The notes beneath the pieces are model-generated. The model saw only the letters and a list, made by a program, of their open reading frames with translations, did not search any database and was not told where the DNA came from. Shown here in pieces: positions 48,646-60,914 of a stretch of 64,000 nucleotides of DNA. This DNA is from an uncultured Bacilli bacterium (GTDB lineage Bacteria > Bacillota_I > Bacilli_A > RF39 > UBA660). The translations under genes were made by a program, and so were the position numbers. The DNA lies in assembly GCA_944364655.1 (NCBI GenBank), contig CALVWG010000080.1, positions 2,634 through 66,633 on the forward strand, read 5' to 3'. The stretch's first letter is position 1, and each line of letters begins with the position of its first letter.

Positions 48646-49677
48646 TTAGTCTCTTTTTATAAACATAGCGTCTCCAAATGAAAAGAAACGATATTCATTT
48701 TTTATAGCTTCATTATAGGCATTTAATATTTTTTCTTTAGATGAAAATGCACTAACAAGCATAACCAATGTACTTTTTGGTAAGTGAAAATTGGTTATTA
48801 AGCAATCTATAGCTTGAAATTCAAAACCAGGATAAATAAAAATATCTGTATTACCATGACATTCTTTAAAAGTATGGTATGTATGCATGATTGTTTCTAA
48901 AGTTCTTGTTGAAGTTGTTCCAACAGCGATAATTCTTCTTTTTTCTTTTTTAGCTTGATTTAATATATCAGCTGTTTCTTTACTCATTTCGTAAAACTCA
49001 CTATGCATATGATGTTTGGTTACATCATCGACTTCAACTGGTCTAAAAGTTCCTAAACCTACGTGTAAAGTTACATTTGCTATAATTACGCCTTTATTTT
49101 TGATTTTTTCTAATAATTCTTTAGTAAAGTGAAGGCCCGCAGTTGGAGCAGCAGCACTTCCAATATTTTTGGCATACACAGTTTGATAGCGATTTTTATC
49201 TTCTAATTTTTCATGAATGTAAGGTGGCAGTGGCATTTCTCCTAGTTTATCTAATATTTCTAAGAAAATACCGTCATATAAAAATTTAACAATTACAATT
49301 CCTTCTTCTTTTTTTTCAATAACTTTAGCTTTTAATAAACCATTACCAAAAGAAACAATTGTTCCAACATGTAATCTTTTAAATGGCCTTGATAAACACT
49401 CCCATTCATCACTTCCAAGTTCTTTTAAAAGTAATAGTTCTATTGTTGCTTTCGTTTCTTCTTTTTCACCAATTAATCTTGCTGGAATCACTTTTGTATC
49501 ATTGATAACTAACACATCACCTGGCACTAAGTAATCAATAATATCGTTGAAATGTTTATGTTCAAGTTTTCCACTATCACGATTCATTACCAAAAGTCTT
49601 GATGCACTTCTATCTTTTAGAGGTGTTTGAGCGATAAGGTGCTCTGGTAAATCATAATTAAAATCTTCTGTACTCAT
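48646..49677 (-). CDS. queA: S-adenosylmethionine:tRNA ribosyltransferase-isomerase
   Basis: 343 aa. N-terminal [19 protein letters not shown] and internal PLPPYI motif. Confidence 0.95.
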   Translation of the reverse strand: MSTEDFNYDLPEHLIAQTPLKDRSASRLLVMNRDSGKLEHKHFNDIIDYLVPGDVLVINDTKVIPARLIGEKEETKATIELLLLKELGSDEWECLSRPFKRLHVGTIVSFGNGLLKAKVIEKKEEGIVIVKFLYDGIFLEILDKLGEMPLPPYIHEKLEDKNRYQTVYAKNIGSAAAPTAGLHFTKELLEKIKNKGVIIANVTLHVGLGTFRPVEVDDVTKHHMHSEFYEMSKETADILNQAKKEKRRIIAVGTTSTRTLETIMHTYHTFKECHGNTDIFIYPGFEFQAIDCLITNFHLPKSTLVMLVSAFSSKEKILNAYNEAIKNEYRFFSFGDAMFIKRD

Positions 49678-50243
49678 TTTATCACCATTATTTCTTTTAT
49701 TTTTTGATAAGATGTATCAAAATCATCCATTGAAAGACGAACGACTTTAATTTTGTTTTCCGGATTATTTTCGATTTCATCACACATTTTTAAATATTCA
49801 TTTTGTTGAGCCACACTACTATCTAAACTAAAACTTTGATAATTATGATGATACTCTCTAGCTAATCTTTTATTAAAGATATTTGGATCTTCTAAATATA
49901 AAACTATAAAATATATTTCATAATTTAAAGAGTTTAGTTTTTCAAGTAAAGATGTATAAACATCGGTAAAAGAGTATTCTTTATAACCTAATCGGCAATA
50001 AATTTCTTCAGTAAAAAAAGTTCTGTCAAAAATAATGTCCATTGGAATATTTTGCATAACATTTAAATAATCTAAAAGAGCTTTATACATTGTTTCACTT
50101 AATTTTTTTCCATTTAAAGTTTTATCTTTTTGACCACTTAGTCGATAAAGATTAGAACTAGGAATATTTTCTCTTAAAAAATTAGTTAAGTTCGTTTTTC
50201 CTGTTCCTTGGGGACCTTCAACAATAATTAATCTATTTTTCAT
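49674..50243 (-). CDS. P-loop nucleoside/nucleotide kinase (deoxynucleoside-kinase/dTMP-kinase-like)
   Basis: [14 protein letters not shown] Walker A. 189 aa. Inserted between queA and glyA. Confidence 0.45.
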   Translation of the reverse strand: MKNRLIIVEGPQGTGKTNLTNFLRENIPSSNLYRLSGQKDKTLNGKKLSETMYKALLDYLNVMQNIPMDIIFDRTFFTEEIYCRLGYKEYSFTDVYTSLLEKLNSLNYEIYFIVLYLEDPNIFNKRLAREYHHNYQSFSLDSSVAQQNEYLKMCDEIENNPENKIKVVRLSMDDFDTSYQKIKEIMVIK

Positions 50244-50253
50244 ATTTTACCTC

Positions 50254-51474
50254 TTAATTAAATTGACTAGTTAAATTTAAAACTTGTTGTTTTAAATCAT
50301 TTAAAATATCTTCATTATCTTTATTTTTTAAAGCTTTGCTTATAATTTGGCCGACAATCGTAAATTCTTTTTCTTTAAATCCTCTAGTAGTCATGGCAGG
50401 CGAACCAATTCTAATACCGCTTGTTACCATTGGACTTTCTGTTTCATTAGGAATAGTATTTTTGTTAACAGTTATATGAATGCTATCTAATATTTTTTCA
50501 GCATCTTTACCAGTTAAACCAACAGATGACTTAACATCCACTAGAATTAAATGATTGTCTGATCCTCCAGAAATAATTGAAAATCCTTCTTCTTTTAAGG
50601 TTTTAACTAACGCTTGCATATTTTTTAAAACTTGTTTTTGATAATCTTTAAATTCAGGTTTTAATGCTTCAAAAAAACACTGGGCTTTCGCAGCAATTAT
50701 ATGTTCTAATGGGCCACCTTGAATTCCTGGAAAAACTGTTTTGTTTATTTTTTGGATAATTTCTTCGTTGTTAGTTAAAATAATGCCTCCTCTTGGGCCT
50801 CTTAAAGTTTTATGAGTCGTTGAAGTTACAACGTCAGCATACAAGCAAGGATTAGGATGAAGTCCAGCTGCAACCAAACCCGCTATATGAGCCATATCAA
50901 CAAATAAAATTGCTCCAACTTTATCAGCTATTTCTCTAAATTTTGAAAAATCAATTATTCTTGAATAAGCACTTGCTCCAGCAATAATCATTTTTGGCTT
51001 TTCCTTTAGAGCTATTTTTTCAATCTCATCATAATCAAGAAGTCCTGTTTCTAAATCAACATTATAAGAAACTATTTCATAATCTTCTCCAGAAAAACTC
51101 ATTTTGTGACCATGAGTTAAATGTCCACCATGAGATAAATTCATGCCCATTACTTTATCGCCTTTATTTAAAAGAGCTCGGTAAACAGCCATGTTAGCAC
51201 TAGAACCAGAATGGGGTTGTACATTAGCGTGTGATACATTAAATAATTTACAAGCATATTTAATTGCTAAATTTTCCATTTCATCTATAAATTCACAGCC
51301 ACCATAGTATCTTTTACCAGGATAGCCCTCAGCGTATTTATTAGTAAAAATACTTCCTTGTAATTCTCTAACATATTTTGATGTGTAATTTTCTGAAGCA
51401 ATTAACTCAATATTTTCTTGCTGCCTTTTCTCTTCTTTTTGTAAAATTTCTTTTATTAGTGGATCCATATTCAT
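50254..51474 (-). CDS. glyA: serine hydroxymethyltransferase
   Basis: 406 aa. PLP-lysine context [12 protein letters not shown] and the characteristic SHMT N-terminus. Confidence 0.95.
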   Translation of the reverse strand: MNMDPLIKEILQKEEKRQQENIELIASENYTSKYVRELQGSIFTNKYAEGYPGKRYYGGCEFIDEMENLAIKYACKLFNVSHANVQPHSGSSANMAVYRALLNKGDKVMGMNLSHGGHLTHGHKMSFSGEDYEIVSYNVDLETGLLDYDEIEKIALKEKPKMIIAGASAYSRIIDFSKFREIADKVGAILFVDMAHIAGLVAAGLHPNPCLYADVVTSTTHKTLRGPRGGIILTNNEEIIQKINKTVFPGIQGGPLEHIIAAKAQCFFEALKPEFKDYQKQVLKNMQALVKTLKEEGFSIISGGSDNHLILVDVKSSVGLTGKDAEKILDSIHITVNKNTIPNETESPMVTSGIRIGSPAMTTRGFKEKEFTIVGQIISKALKNKDNEDILNDLKQQVLNLTSQFN

Positions 51475-52319
51475 TTCCTTTCTCTATTTAATGCTAAATT
51501 ATAAATATTTTCTAAAAGCGAAACTATAGTCATTGGCCCTACACCACCTGGAACAGGTGTGATAAATGAAGCTTTTTCTTTAACATTAGCAAAATCAAAA
51601 TCACCAACGACATGACCTTCTATTCTAGAAATACCAACATCGATACAAACAGCATTTTTTTGAACCATATCTTCTGTAATAAATTTAGGTTTACCCACGG
51701 CTGAAATTAAAATATCGGCAGTTTTAGTTATATCTTTTAAATTTTTAGTTTTGGAATGAGCAATAGTTACAGTCGCATCACGATTTAAAAGCATTATTGC
51801 CAAAGGTCTTCCTACAATTTGACTTCTCCCAACAACGACAACATGTTTGGAAGCAATTGGAATTTCATATTTTTCTAATAAATGAATAATTCCTAAAGGT
51901 GTAGCAGCTAATAATTGTTCTTGATTCGCTAACAAGTGTCCTAAGTTATTAATTCCAAAACCATCAACATCTTTACTTCCTAAAATAAATGAAACAATTT
52001 TTTCTTCATCTAAATTTTTAGGTAATGGACTTTGAACTAATATGCCATCAATCATTTTATTTTTATTAAAATCGATAATACTATCAATTATAACTTGCTC
52101 ACTCTCATTATCATTAAAATGCTTTTCTATTGCCTTAATTCCTACCTCTTCACATGCCTTCAATTTATTTCTAACATAAATTTCGCTAGCAGGATCATTT
52201 CCAACACGAATAATTGCTAAGCCAGGAACAATTTTTTGCTTTTCTTTTAAATTTTGTACTTTCTTTTTTAGTTCTTCTCTTTTTTCTTTAGCTAAAGCTT
52301 TTCCATCTAATAAAATCAT
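51471..52319 (-). CDS. folD: bifunctional methylenetetrahydrofolate dehydrogenase/cyclohydrolase
   Basis: 282 aa. [13 protein letters not shown] and [10 protein letters not shown] motifs. Confidence 0.95.
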   Translation of the reverse strand: MILLDGKALAKEKREELKKKVQNLKEKQKIVPGLAIIRVGNDPASEIYVRNKLKACEEVGIKAIEKHFNDNESEQVIIDSIIDFNKNKMIDGILVQSPLPKNLDEEKIVSFILGSKDVDGFGINNLGHLLANQEQLLAATPLGIIHLLEKYEIPIASKHVVVVGRSQIVGRPLAIMLLNRDATVTIAHSKTKNLKDITKTADILISAVGKPKFITEDMVQKNAVCIDVGISRIEGHVVGDFDFANVKEKASFITPVPGGVGPMTIVSLLENIYNLALNRERK

Positions 52320-52473
52320 ATTTATTCCTCTTTCTTAATTACATATTAAAAATCTGTGGTAATTTTTTTAAAAATAAATGAATAAACTATTTTTTTATAA
52401 AATTGATCTAATTCATAATGAGGTATTTCATATTCTATATTAGCAAGACTAACTACTACGCAATTATAATTTT

Positions 52474-53490
52474 TCAAAATAATGTTCCTTGCCTACCTAT
52501 TTTTAAATGCTTATAAGCTTTTTCACAGGCAACTCTACCTCTTGGCGTTCTTTTAATAAATCCTTCTTGTAATAAAAATGGTTCAACTACATCTTCTAAG
52601 GTAGATGGTTCTTCGCCAATTGAAGTAGCAATTGTTTCAACACCAACTGGGCCACCATTAAATTTAGTAATAAGACTAGTTAAATATTCTATATCAATCG
52701 CATCAAGTCCAAAATCGTCAACTTTTAATCTTTTTAAAGAATCATCAGCAAGATCATAATCTATTTCTTCTTTTCCACTTACTAAAGCAAAATCTCGAAC
52801 TCTTTTAAATAGCCGGTTAGCTATTCTTGGTGTTTTACGACATCTTTTAGCAATTAGCCTTGCTGCATCTTTAGTAATTGGCATATCGAAAACTCGGCTT
52901 GTTCTTTCAACTATTTTTAAAAGTTCATCTTCTGAATAATAATTCAACTTTGAAACTATCCCAAATCGATCTCTTAAAGGGCTTGAAATATCACCTGCTC
53001 TTGTTGTTGCGCCAACTAAAGTAAAAGGCGGTAAATCTATTTTTAAATTTCTACTTTTACCATCACTATTTAAAACTAAGTCCATCTCAAAATCTTCCAT
53101 TGCCGGATATAAAATTTCTTCAATAAATTTGGGCATACGATGAATTTCATCAATAAATAAAACATCGCCAGGTTCAAGCGTTGACAAAATTGCCGCTAAA
53201 TCACCACTTTTTTCAATAGAGGGACCACTAGCTGTTTTAATTGATACACCAAGTTCATTCGCAATAATATGAGCTAGCGTAGTTTTACCAAGTCCAGGAG
53301 GACCATATAGCAAAACATGATCTAAAGATTCGTTACGAATTTTAGCAGCTTCAATGAAAACTTTTAAATTGCTAGTTATTTCTTCTTGACCAACATATTC
53401 TTTTAAACTTTGCGGTCTAATATTGGCTTCAAAAGAATCAACTTCTTGTTCTTCAGCATCTAATATTTTTTCATCTTCCATTAAAACCAC
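52474..53490 (-). CDS. ruvB: Holliday junction branch migration ATPase RuvB
   Basis: [11 protein letters not shown] Walker A, sensor motifs and C-terminal winged helix. Confidence 0.95.
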   Translation of the reverse strand: MVLMEDEKILDAEEQEVDSFEANIRPQSLKEYVGQEEITSNLKVFIEAAKIRNESLDHVLLYGPPGLGKTTLAHIIANELGVSIKTASGPSIEKSGDLAAILSTLEPGDVLFIDEIHRMPKFIEEILYPAMEDFEMDLVLNSDGKSRNLKIDLPPFTLVGATTRAGDISSPLRDRFGIVSKLNYYSEDELLKIVERTSRVFDMPITKDAARLIAKRCRKTPRIANRLFKRVRDFALVSGKEEIDYDLADDSLKRLKVDDFGLDAIDIEYLTSLITKFNGGPVGVETIATSIGEEPSTLEDVVEPFLLQEGFIKRTPRGRVACEKAYKHLKIGRQGTLF

Positions 53491-53495
53491 CCTTT

Positions 53496-54053
53496 CTATT
53501 TAAGCATTAATTTTAACGCCTCTTTAACTTGATCTTCAATTTTTAAACTGTTATCAATATTTGGTAAAACTTTTTTAATATCACTAGTTTTATAACCTAG
53601 TCCTTCTAAAACACTAACTAGTTCATCAAAGCCACCTATGCTAGGAGCATTATCACTAACAGAAGTCAATTTTCCTTTTAAATCTAATATAATTTGTCTG
53701 GCTACTTTGTCTCCTACTTTTGGAAATTTTTTTAAATATAAAATGTTTTCTCGGTCAATTGCATCAATTATTCCATTAACACTTCCGGTTGCAAGCATTG
53801 GCATTATTAATTTAGGACCAACACCTTTGACATTTAATAGTCTTAAAAATAAATCTTTTTCAGCTTTTGTACTAAAGCCATATAAAGAATGTTCATCCTC
53901 TCTAATATAATCATAGATATATATTTTAGCTTCATCATTTATATTATATTGAAAAGGATTTGCTACGAAAATATGATAACCTATACCATTATTATCTAAT
54001 ACAACATAGTTAGATTCTTGGTCTTTAACTATCCCGCTTATGTAACTATACAT
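53496..54053 (-). CDS. ruvA: Holliday junction DNA helicase RuvA
   Basis: Start moved to [13 protein letters not shown] fold, two HhH motifs (GVGPKLIM...) and C-terminal domain III. Confidence 0.85.
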   Translation of the reverse strand: MYSYISGIVKDQESNYVVLDNNGIGYHIFVANPFQYNINDEAKIYIYDYIREDEHSLYGFSTKAEKDLFLRLLNVKGVGPKLIMPMLATGSVNGIIDAIDRENILYLKKFPKVGDKVARQIILDLKGKLTSVSDNAPSIGGFDELVSVLEGLGYKTSDIKKVLPNIDNSLKIEDQVKEALKLMLK

Positions 54054-54106
54054 CATTATCACCAAAACAATAATATCATACAAACGTTTAAAAATAAAGT
54101 TATATC

Positions 54107-54132
54107 AAAAAAATCTTTCAAAGAAAGATTTT
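54107..54132 (-). terminator. rho-independent terminator ending the Tad-locus transcript
   Basis: AATCTTTC-aaa-GAAAGATT perfect 8-bp stem with A7 on the + strand (T7 on the minus strand) between the pilin gene and ruvA. Confidence 0.55.
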
Positions 54133-54745
54133 AAACTAATCCAATATAGTAAAATTCTAAATCATCAATATCATTTTCATCGCTTCCGGTAATTGCTGGT
54201 ACAATAACTCTAATGGATTTATAATTTGAACATGATCGAAAAGAATTATTTAATGTTCCTTTTTCTGATTCATCTAATATTCCATTATTATTGGTATCGC
54301 AATTATAATTACAAATGCCGTCACCATTACTATCAATATTTAATTCATATGAGCAATTATCTGCGCTAGATTTTGAAATCTTAATATTTTCAAAATCATA
54401 ATAAGCCTCATCATTACCATTTGTTTCAATCGGCCAAGTCTCATTACCATAAGTAATACTATCTTTATTAACCACCATTGTTGAAACAAAATTTTCAAAT
54501 ATAAAATTTATTGAACTTGTGTTTGCATTGGTAGAAATTGATACATCATTTAATTTGTTATTTAATAAGTCTTCTTGAACCGTTTTTATAATAGTAGCTC
54601 GATTTACTTGATTTTCTTTTAAATATGAAGCATGTTTATTTTCGTATTCTATGTCAATTAATAGACTGAAAAGAAAAAGCATTACTATAGCAATTAAACC
54701 AACACTGATAATAACTTCAACTAATGTCATACCTTTTTTATTCAT
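54131..54745 (-). CDS. type IV prepilin-like protein (class III signal G|MTLVE) with Asp/Asn-rich Ca-binding-like loops
   Basis: MNKKGMTLVEVIISVGLIAIVMLFLF is a canonical type IVa-type prepilin N-terminus. DSNGDGICNYNCDTNNNGILDESE resembles DxDxDG Ca-binding motifs. Four Cys. Confidence 0.7.
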   Translation of the reverse strand: MNKKGMTLVEVIISVGLIAIVMLFLFSLLIDIEYENKHASYLKENQVNRATIIKTVQEDLLNNKLNDVSISTNANTSSINFIFENFVSTMVVNKDSITYGNETWPIETNGNDEAYYDFENIKISKSSADNCSYELNIDSNGDGICNYNCDTNNNGILDESEKGTLNNSFRSCSNYKSIRVIVPAITGSDENDIDDLEFYYIGLV

Positions 54746-54779
54746 ATTAAATCATTCCTTATATTTTTATTTATAAACA

Positions 54780-56660
54780 TTATGGCGTTAGAATTAGGCG
54801 AAAACTTACCCACATGTCCATAGTTCCATAAGAGTTACCAACTCCAAATAATCCAGCACCTAAGCCACTAGTATAAGCAGCACCTCGTAAAATAAACGGA
54901 AAATTTGTCCAAATAAAATAACTTTCATCACTATACCAGCTACTTATACTTCTATTTTGAGACAGAAATTGAACTAAATCAAACGGGCCAATCTCACCAA
55001 CGGCATCACCTAATATTCGTCTTGAAAAATCGTTTTGATTAATAGAAAAATTATAAATATCATAATATTTTTTATTCAGAAAATCATAATCAGCTATTAT
55101 TTGGTCATTTTCATCTAGCATAACTCCCATTACATATTCCCATGCACCACCACTCATATCATATATGCCTGTAATATTTCCAGTTGTACTGGCTAATACA
55201 CTATTGGGATAAGCTGTATTACAACTATTATCATTACAATAGCGATTACATTCTTCGTTTGTTCCTGTATATCCACATGTTGGTTCATTGTTCGCGGCAT
55301 ATCCGGTTATATAATCCGAATTATTATTTATTCTAACACTTGTGGCACTTCCATAGGCACTATGTTGTAAATATGCTACTGCTCCCCACTCGGTATTCTT
55401 CATCATATGACTATCTAAATTTCTTTTATAATCATATGATGTGTAAAAGGCATTAGCTACTTGTATACTTCGCCATGAACTTACATTTGGTTTGATTTGA
55501 ATAGCATCTCCATTTCTGACATTGTAATCTGAAGTTAATGTTGTACCTGTTTCAAATTTGCCGACCCAAAATCCGGTACTTGGGATACTTAGGAAAGCTG
55601 GATGGGTCATGTAGTCTCCTATTTGACAGGAGCCTGTTGCTCCACTTTCCATTGGTGTTGTACATTCATTTGCATTGGCATCATTTGTGTTGTAATCGCC
55701 AAAGATTATGGGTATTTCATGAACTTTACTTTCATCTATTTCAGTTAAATCTTCATATTGTCCTAAATCCCATAATTGATAACGGTACTTTGGTATCCAA
55801 ACAAAGTATGATTCAATTGCTTCTTCTGGTATTACTGAATCTACTTCATAATTGCTTGCTGTACTTTCATCTTTTAAAATAATTGCATTTGCCCATTCTT
55901 TATTGGCATAACTGTACCATGGTTTGGTTGTGTCGGCTTTTTTTACTGTTCCATCACTTTCTATTGTGACGGCTATTAATTCATCTTTGATTATTGGATC
56001 TGCTCCATTTAATATTGTCTCTTGATATTTATTTGTATTAATACTTTGACTTTCATGAACTAGTCCTGTTCCTTCTATTTTATATGATACTACTTTATTG
56101 GTATCTTCTTCTGTTACTACACTTTCATCTATTATAATACTTATACTATATACCTCTGTACTGTTTACTTCCATTTCTGCTTCACTTATAAGTGTTCCAT
56201 CTGTTAATTCACTTAATGTTTTTCCATTTTCATAACGACTTACTATTTCTAATGTTTCGCCTACTTGATGTCTTAACACTACTTTTACTTTTGTATTTTC
56301 TAATGTGTTTTCTTCATTGGCTATTAACTTTATTGTGTAACTTCCTTTTAAACTTCCTGTATTTCTAACACTTAATTTATAATCACATTCTCCTAAATAT
56401 AAACTATTTTCTTCTACTGTCATGGGTGTAAAACAAACACTTTTTTCTGTACTTGTTATCGTCCCAGATGAATTTTCATATGTAAAAACTAAGTCTCCTG
56501 CTTCTACAACTTGATTTTTACTATTTCCATCTATTTTAAAAAACATTGCATATGATAAACTTAAGACTACTATTGTTAAACATATTATTATATAACTTGC
56601 TAGCTTTGTTTCTCTTTTAAAAATATTTTTAAAACTTAAGTTATTTTGCATATATTTCAC
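54780..56660 (-). CDS. paralog 3 of FGE/SUMF1-like-domain family, N-terminal signal-anchor plus variable beta-rich module; appended to Tad pilus operon
   Basis: 626 aa. KLASYIIICLTIVVLSLSYAMF anchor. Conserved C-terminal block near-identical to paralogs 1 and 2 (same SWR/EWGAVAY/GIYDMSGGAWEYVMG motifs). Confidence 0.7.
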   Translation of the reverse strand: MKYMQNNLSFKNIFKRETKLASYIIICLTIVVLSLSYAMFFKIDGNSKNQVVEAGDLVFTYENSSGTITSTEKSVCFTPMTVEENSLYLGECDYKLSVRNTGSLKGSYTIKLIANEENTLENTKVKVVLRHQVGETLEIVSRYENGKTLSELTDGTLISEAEMEVNSTEVYSISIIIDESVVTEEDTNKVVSYKIEGTGLVHESQSINTNKYQETILNGADPIIKDELIAVTIESDGTVKKADTTKPWYSYANKEWANAIILKDESTASNYEVDSVIPEEAIESYFVWIPKYRYQLWDLGQYEDLTEIDESKVHEIPIIFGDYNTNDANANECTTPMESGATGSCQIGDYMTHPAFLSIPSTGFWVGKFETGTTLTSDYNVRNGDAIQIKPNVSSWRSIQVANAFYTSYDYKRNLDSHMMKNTEWGAVAYLQHSAYGSATSVRINNNSDYITGYAANNEPTCGYTGTNEECNRYCNDNSCNTAYPNSVLASTTGNITGIYDMSGGAWEYVMGVMLDENDQIIADYDFLNKKYYDIYNFSINQNDFSRRILGDAVGEIGPFDLVQFLSQNRSISSWYSDESYFIWTNFPFILRGAAYTSGLGAGLFGVGNSYGTMDMWVSFRLILTP

Positions 56661-56705
56661 CCTTTTCTTTTTTTATTATAACAAAAATCCCTTTTTCTTT
56701 AAAGT

Positions 56706-57407
56706 TTAGCCTATAAAAAAGTCTATTACAACTGGGGCTAGAATAACTATCAAAATTATTGGAATAAAAAATATGACTGATAAAATACTGATTTTTGTTG
56801 GTAATTTACCAATTTGACTTTTTATTTCTAATAGTCTTTTATCTCTTAAAAAATCTAATTGATTATTTAAAGATTCTTCAATATTATTACCAAATACACT
56901 TGATTGAACAATATTTAATAAAGCATTATTAATCGTGTCGCTTGGAATTCTTTGCTTCATATCAGTAATAGCTTCTGGAAAACTTTTGCCTAAACTCATT
57001 TCTTGTAATGATTTTTGAAATTCTTCGGAAAGCTCTGATTGAATATTTTTAGAAGTAATACGTAAAGATAAAGTTAGATTACGACCGCTTTCTAAAGTCA
57101 AAGACAAAACTTCAAAAAAGAATATAGCTTCTTCTTCTAATTTTTTTTCTCTTTTTTTTATTGGATAATCTAAAACGATATATTCACTTAAATAATGAAA
57201 AATTACGACAGCAATTGGGGCAATAATATAGCCGTTTTTATTAAAAGCTAAAAATAAGAAAAAGATAGCTAAACTAATTAATAAACGATAATTCAATAAA
57301 TCAATTGCTTTATAATGACAATGCAATCCTAGTAATTTTATTTTTTTATCAATTCTTTTAATTGATTTTTCTGAATAAATTTTTCTGACTAAACTTTTTT
57401 CATTCAT
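56706..57407 (-). CDS. tadC: Tad pilus assembly inner-membrane protein TadC (T2SS-F-like)
   Basis: 233 aa, polytopic. Follows tadB with a stop/start overlap. Confidence 0.6.
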   Translation of the reverse strand: MNEKSLVRKIYSEKSIKRIDKKIKLLGLHCHYKAIDLLNYRLLISLAIFFLFLAFNKNGYIIAPIAVVIFHYLSEYIVLDYPIKKREKKLEEEAIFFFEVLSLTLESGRNLTLSLRITSKNIQSELSEEFQKSLQEMSLGKSFPEAITDMKQRIPSDTINNALLNIVQSSVFGNNIEESLNNQLDFLRDKRLLEIKSQIGKLPTKISILSVIFFIPIILIVILAPVVIDFFIG

Positions 57408-58414
57408 TAAATCTTCACCTTTAATACTTTCTTAATAACCATAATATATAATGTATATAATAAAATTACTAAAACTAAAATCATTTTGCCAAGCGTTGTT
57501 GTAAATATTGGGGCAAAATAACTTGGATTTAATATATATATTGCCAAAATAAATAATAATGGTAAAAAACATAAAGTTCTAAATACAAAAATTGAAGCAC
57601 TTGTTAAGCTTTGCATTTCTTGTTTTAGTTTCTTTTTATCAAAAAATGATCTTTCAATAGTACCAAAAACTTTAACTATATTTCCGCCTGTTTTATTTAA
57701 AAGGGTTAAAGAACTTGTAATGTATTTAGCGTCATCTAATTTAACTCGGTTATAAAAACGATCAAAAACAACTTCAATACTTAAACCGTATGTCATATCT
57801 AAATAAATTTTTTTAAATTCATCGCTAATTGGGCCTTCTAGTTCTTCTTTAACAATTTGGACAGCTTGCATTATATTTCTTCCAGATTTAAAGCTGTTAT
57901 TCATAATTATAATTGCTTTTAATAAATCTTCTTCAACTTTCTTTCTTTTCTTTTGATATTCGATATTAATAAATATATCCGGAATAAAAAAGCCTATTAA
58001 AAAAGATATTAAAAAACTCATTAAAGTCATTTCCATTACTTGGAACATAAATGTTAAAATATTAAACAGAATAAATGAGAAGCCAACAATAAATTTTATA
58101 GAAATGTAATCCATGCCACTTATACTATCTTTATCTTCATATTTAATGTGTTTTTCATATTTTAAACCATACTTTTTTAAAAAAACACTTTTACTTAATA
58201 AAGAAGATAATTTATGAACAAATTTCCATAAATAATCAGTAATTGTTTCAAAGAAAGATTTTTCTTTATCATGGATACTTATCAAAGCAAAATCTTCAAA
58301 TCTTTTTTCAAGTTTAATTATTCTTTTTTGTCTGATTAAGTAAATAATAAGCACGATAAGAATTAGGATTACAATACTTTGGGTTATTAAAATTTGCCAA
58401 GAATAATTTTCCAT
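57407..58414 (-). CDS. tadB: Tad pilus assembly inner-membrane protein TadB (T2SS-F-like)
   Basis: 335 aa with N- and C-terminal TM clusters and a cytoplasmic GspF-like domain. Follows tadA. Confidence 0.65.
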   Translation of the reverse strand: MENYSWQILITQSIVILILIVLIIYLIRQKRIIKLEKRFEDFALISIHDKEKSFFETITDYLWKFVHKLSSLLSKSVFLKKYGLKYEKHIKYEDKDSISGMDYISIKFIVGFSFILFNILTFMFQVMEMTLMSFLISFLIGFFIPDIFINIEYQKKRKKVEEDLLKAIIIMNNSFKSGRNIMQAVQIVKEELEGPISDEFKKIYLDMTYGLSIEVVFDRFYNRVKLDDAKYITSSLTLLNKTGGNIVKVFGTIERSFFDKKKLKQEMQSLTSASIFVFRTLCFLPLLFILAIYILNPSYFAPIFTTTLGKMILVLVILLYTLYIMVIKKVLKVKI

Positions 58415-58430
58415 GTTTATCTTCCTTTCT

Positions 58431-59774
58431 TTAATTTTTTTTGTTAAACATAAAGTCGATATCGGTTATACCTTTAGTTGCAATTTTATTATATACTTTT
58501 GGAACTTTATCGTTGTACAAAAAGTATTCACCATCAACTTCACCATTTTTGGTTAAACCATTTTGCTTAAAAGCAAAAATTTCTCTTAATTCTAATTCTC
58601 CCTCATGAAAGTTTTCTAATTCGGCAATAGACGTTATTTTTCTTTTGCCATCACTCATTCTATCAATATTAACTACAAGATCAATAGCACTAGCAATGTA
58701 TTCACGAATGGCTTTAATTGGAATATCCATTCCACTCATTAAAACCATTGTTTCTAGTCGATTCAAAGCATCTTTTGGTCCGTTTGCATGAAGTGTTGTT
58801 AAAGATCCTTCGTGACCGGTATTCATAGCTTGTAACATATCAAAAGCTTCTTTGCCACGAACTTCACCAACGATAATGCGATCTGGACGCATACGAAGAG
58901 CATTTATTACTAAATCTCTAATGGTAATTTCCCCTTCATTATCATAATTGGTAACTCTAGTTTCTAGTGATATTACGTGTTCTTTTTCTAATTTTAATTC
59001 GGCAGCATCCTCTATAGTAATAATTCTTTCATTATCTGGAATAAAACTGCTCAAAATATTTAAAAGAGTTGTTTTACCAGAACCAGTACCACCGCAAACA
59101 ATAATGTTACATTTTCCTTTTACTGCTGCTTCCAAAAACGTTGCCATATATGGGGTCATTGAACCAATTCTAATCATATCGTCAGCACTAGTCATTTCAC
59201 TTCTAAATTTTCTGATTGTTATAACTGGTCCTTTTGTTGATAAAGGAGGAATAACAGCGTTTATTCTTGAACCATCTTTTAACCTGGAATCGACCATAGG
59301 ATTAGTTGCGTCAATTGTTCTTCCCATTGGTCCAATCATTCTTTCAATTGTTCTGATGATATGTTCATCGTTAATAAATGATACACTTTCATCTTTAATG
59401 ATTTGGCCATCTATTTCAATATAAATTTCTTTGGGACTATTAACCATTATTTCAGTAATGTTTTTATCTTCCAATAATTCTGTTAAAGGACCATAGCCAT
59501 TAATTTCATTATCAATTAAATTATATAAATGACTTCTTTCCAAATTAGATAAATCATAACCTTCTATTGTTTTATCGATTTCGTCATTAATAAATTGATT
59601 TAATAATTTATCTTCAGGAATTTCTTTATCAATTAAATTTTCAACTATTTTAGTTCTTAATTCATCTAAAAGTTTTTTATCAGGAAAGATTTCATAATCA
59701 GAAACATAATGAACTTTATTAGGTTTTCTTTCAATATTAAACGCTTCAACTAAGCTCTTCTTCATGTTCGTCAT
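58431..59774 (-). CDS. tadA: Tad/Flp pilus assembly ATPase CpaF/TadA (VirB11-like secretion ATPase)
   Basis: Walker [17 protein letters not shown], Asp box, Walker B and His box of type II/IV secretion NTPases. 447 aa. Confidence 0.9.
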   Translation of the reverse strand: MTNMKKSLVEAFNIERKPNKVHYVSDYEIFPDKKLLDELRTKIVENLIDKEIPEDKLLNQFINDEIDKTIEGYDLSNLERSHLYNLIDNEINGYGPLTELLEDKNITEIMVNSPKEIYIEIDGQIIKDESVSFINDEHIIRTIERMIGPMGRTIDATNPMVDSRLKDGSRINAVIPPLSTKGPVITIRKFRSEMTSADDMIRIGSMTPYMATFLEAAVKGKCNIIVCGGTGSGKTTLLNILSSFIPDNERIITIEDAAELKLEKEHVISLETRVTNYDNEGEITIRDLVINALRMRPDRIIVGEVRGKEAFDMLQAMNTGHEGSLTTLHANGPKDALNRLETMVLMSGMDIPIKAIREYIASAIDLVVNIDRMSDGKRKITSIAELENFHEGELELREIFAFKQNGLTKNGEVDGEYFLYNDKVPKVYNKIATKGITDIDFMFNKKN

Positions 59775-60534
59775 CTTCCTTTCCTAAAATATCTGTGGCA
59801 ATTTTCATCATGACTGTGTAATCTTTATTAAAAATTGAGGCTGCTTTATTTTGAAGGGTTATTATCTCACCATTCATAACATAATTATCAATATTTTTAA
59901 TGTAAAATTCTTCGGATATGATGTAATCTACATTAGCTTTTAATATGTTTTTTATATCAAAAAGACTAAAATATTTTTTCATTGGTTCACGAGAATTATT
60001 TAATATTATATTATAATTGTTTTTGTTTAAATCTCTAAAAATCGAAAGTAAACTTTTCATGTTTTTAAGATCTAACGGATCATTTGTCATGATAAATAAA
60101 ATATTTTTTACTTCATCTAAGATAACTAGATTTGTTTCATTTAAATTATGATTAGTATCTATTAAAACAACATCATAAAAATATTCGGCTTTATCAATTG
60201 CTATTTCAATGTATTTTGAATCTATTTTTGATGCTTGTCGAGGATCTTTAGGACTAGCTAATACGTCAATGTTTTCACTATATTTAGTTATGTAATCATT
60301 AAAATTATGAAAGCGATTGTTATTATAATCATCAACTAAATTATAAATCGTTTTATCAAAGGGTTTATTAATCGCTAAAGAAATTCCGCCACTGGATAAA
60401 TCTAAATCCATTATGAGTACTTTTTTACCAATACTTTGATAAATGCCAGCAAGATTTAAGGTAAATATTGTTTTACCAACACCACCTTTACCAGAAAATA
60501 TACATATGCTTTTTCCTGTTTTCTTTTTCATCAC
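59746..60534 (-). CDS. tadZ: CpaE/TadZ-like ParA/MinD-family ATPase (no receiver domain)
   Basis: Deviant Walker A FSGKGGVGKTIFTLNLA. 262 aa. Confidence 0.7.
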   Translation of the reverse strand: MMKKKTGKSICIFSGKGGVGKTIFTLNLAGIYQSIGKKVLIMDLDLSSGGISLAINKPFDKTIYNLVDDYNNNRFHNFNDYITKYSENIDVLASPKDPRQASKIDSKYIEIAIDKAEYFYDVVLIDTNHNLNETNLVILDEVKNILFIMTNDPLDLKNMKSLLSIFRDLNKNNYNIILNNSREPMKKYFSLFDIKNILKANVDYIISEEFYIKNIDNYVMNGEIITLQNKAASIFNKDYTVMMKIATDILGKEDDEHEEELS

Positions 60535-60914
60535 TAAGTCTCCTTTTTTTCTATTATGATATTGCCATCTTTTATTTTTCCAATTCGGTTTACATTTATT
60601 TCATAATCATTAATATTGATTAGTTTGCCAAATATGGAATCTATTTTAGATTTAACTAAAACTGTTACTGTATCATCTTCAACTACAATTTCATAGTTTT
60701 CTTTAGGGATCATATTATATGAAAGAGTTTTTTCTAATGAATCAGTACCATTATTCAAAAAAAACTCTTTTATACTTTCATCGACAATTCCTTTGTATTT
60801 TTGATAACTATGCTCAATAATTCCTACATCAACTATTATGGCAGTTAAAATCAAAAAAACAGGAATTAAAATGATAAACATAATTAAAGTTTGACCTTTA
60901 TTATTCATAACCAA
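60534..60914 (-). CDS. TadE/TadF-like pseudopilin
   Basis: MVMNNKGQTLIMFIILIPVFLILTAIIVDVG is a TadE-family N-terminus (processing site after G, hydrophobic helix). Confidence 0.6.
   Translation of the reverse strand: MVMNNKGQTLIMFIILIPVFLILTAIIVDVGIIEHSYQKYKGIVDESIKEFFLNNGTDSLEKTLSYNMIPKENYEIVVEDDTVTVLVKSKIDSIFGKLININDYEINVNRIGKIKDGNIIIEKKET

Noticed and set aside
58948-59424. + strand 158-aa ORF antisense to cpaF/tadA, and similar antisense ORFs at 1234..1710, 8895..9080, 10805..11557, 32570..32857, 36486..37160, 41782..41985, 53638..53910 and 55538..55882
   Set aside because: All lie wholly inside strongly supported minus-strand genes. They have low-complexity hydrophobic composition typical of AT-rich antisense frames.
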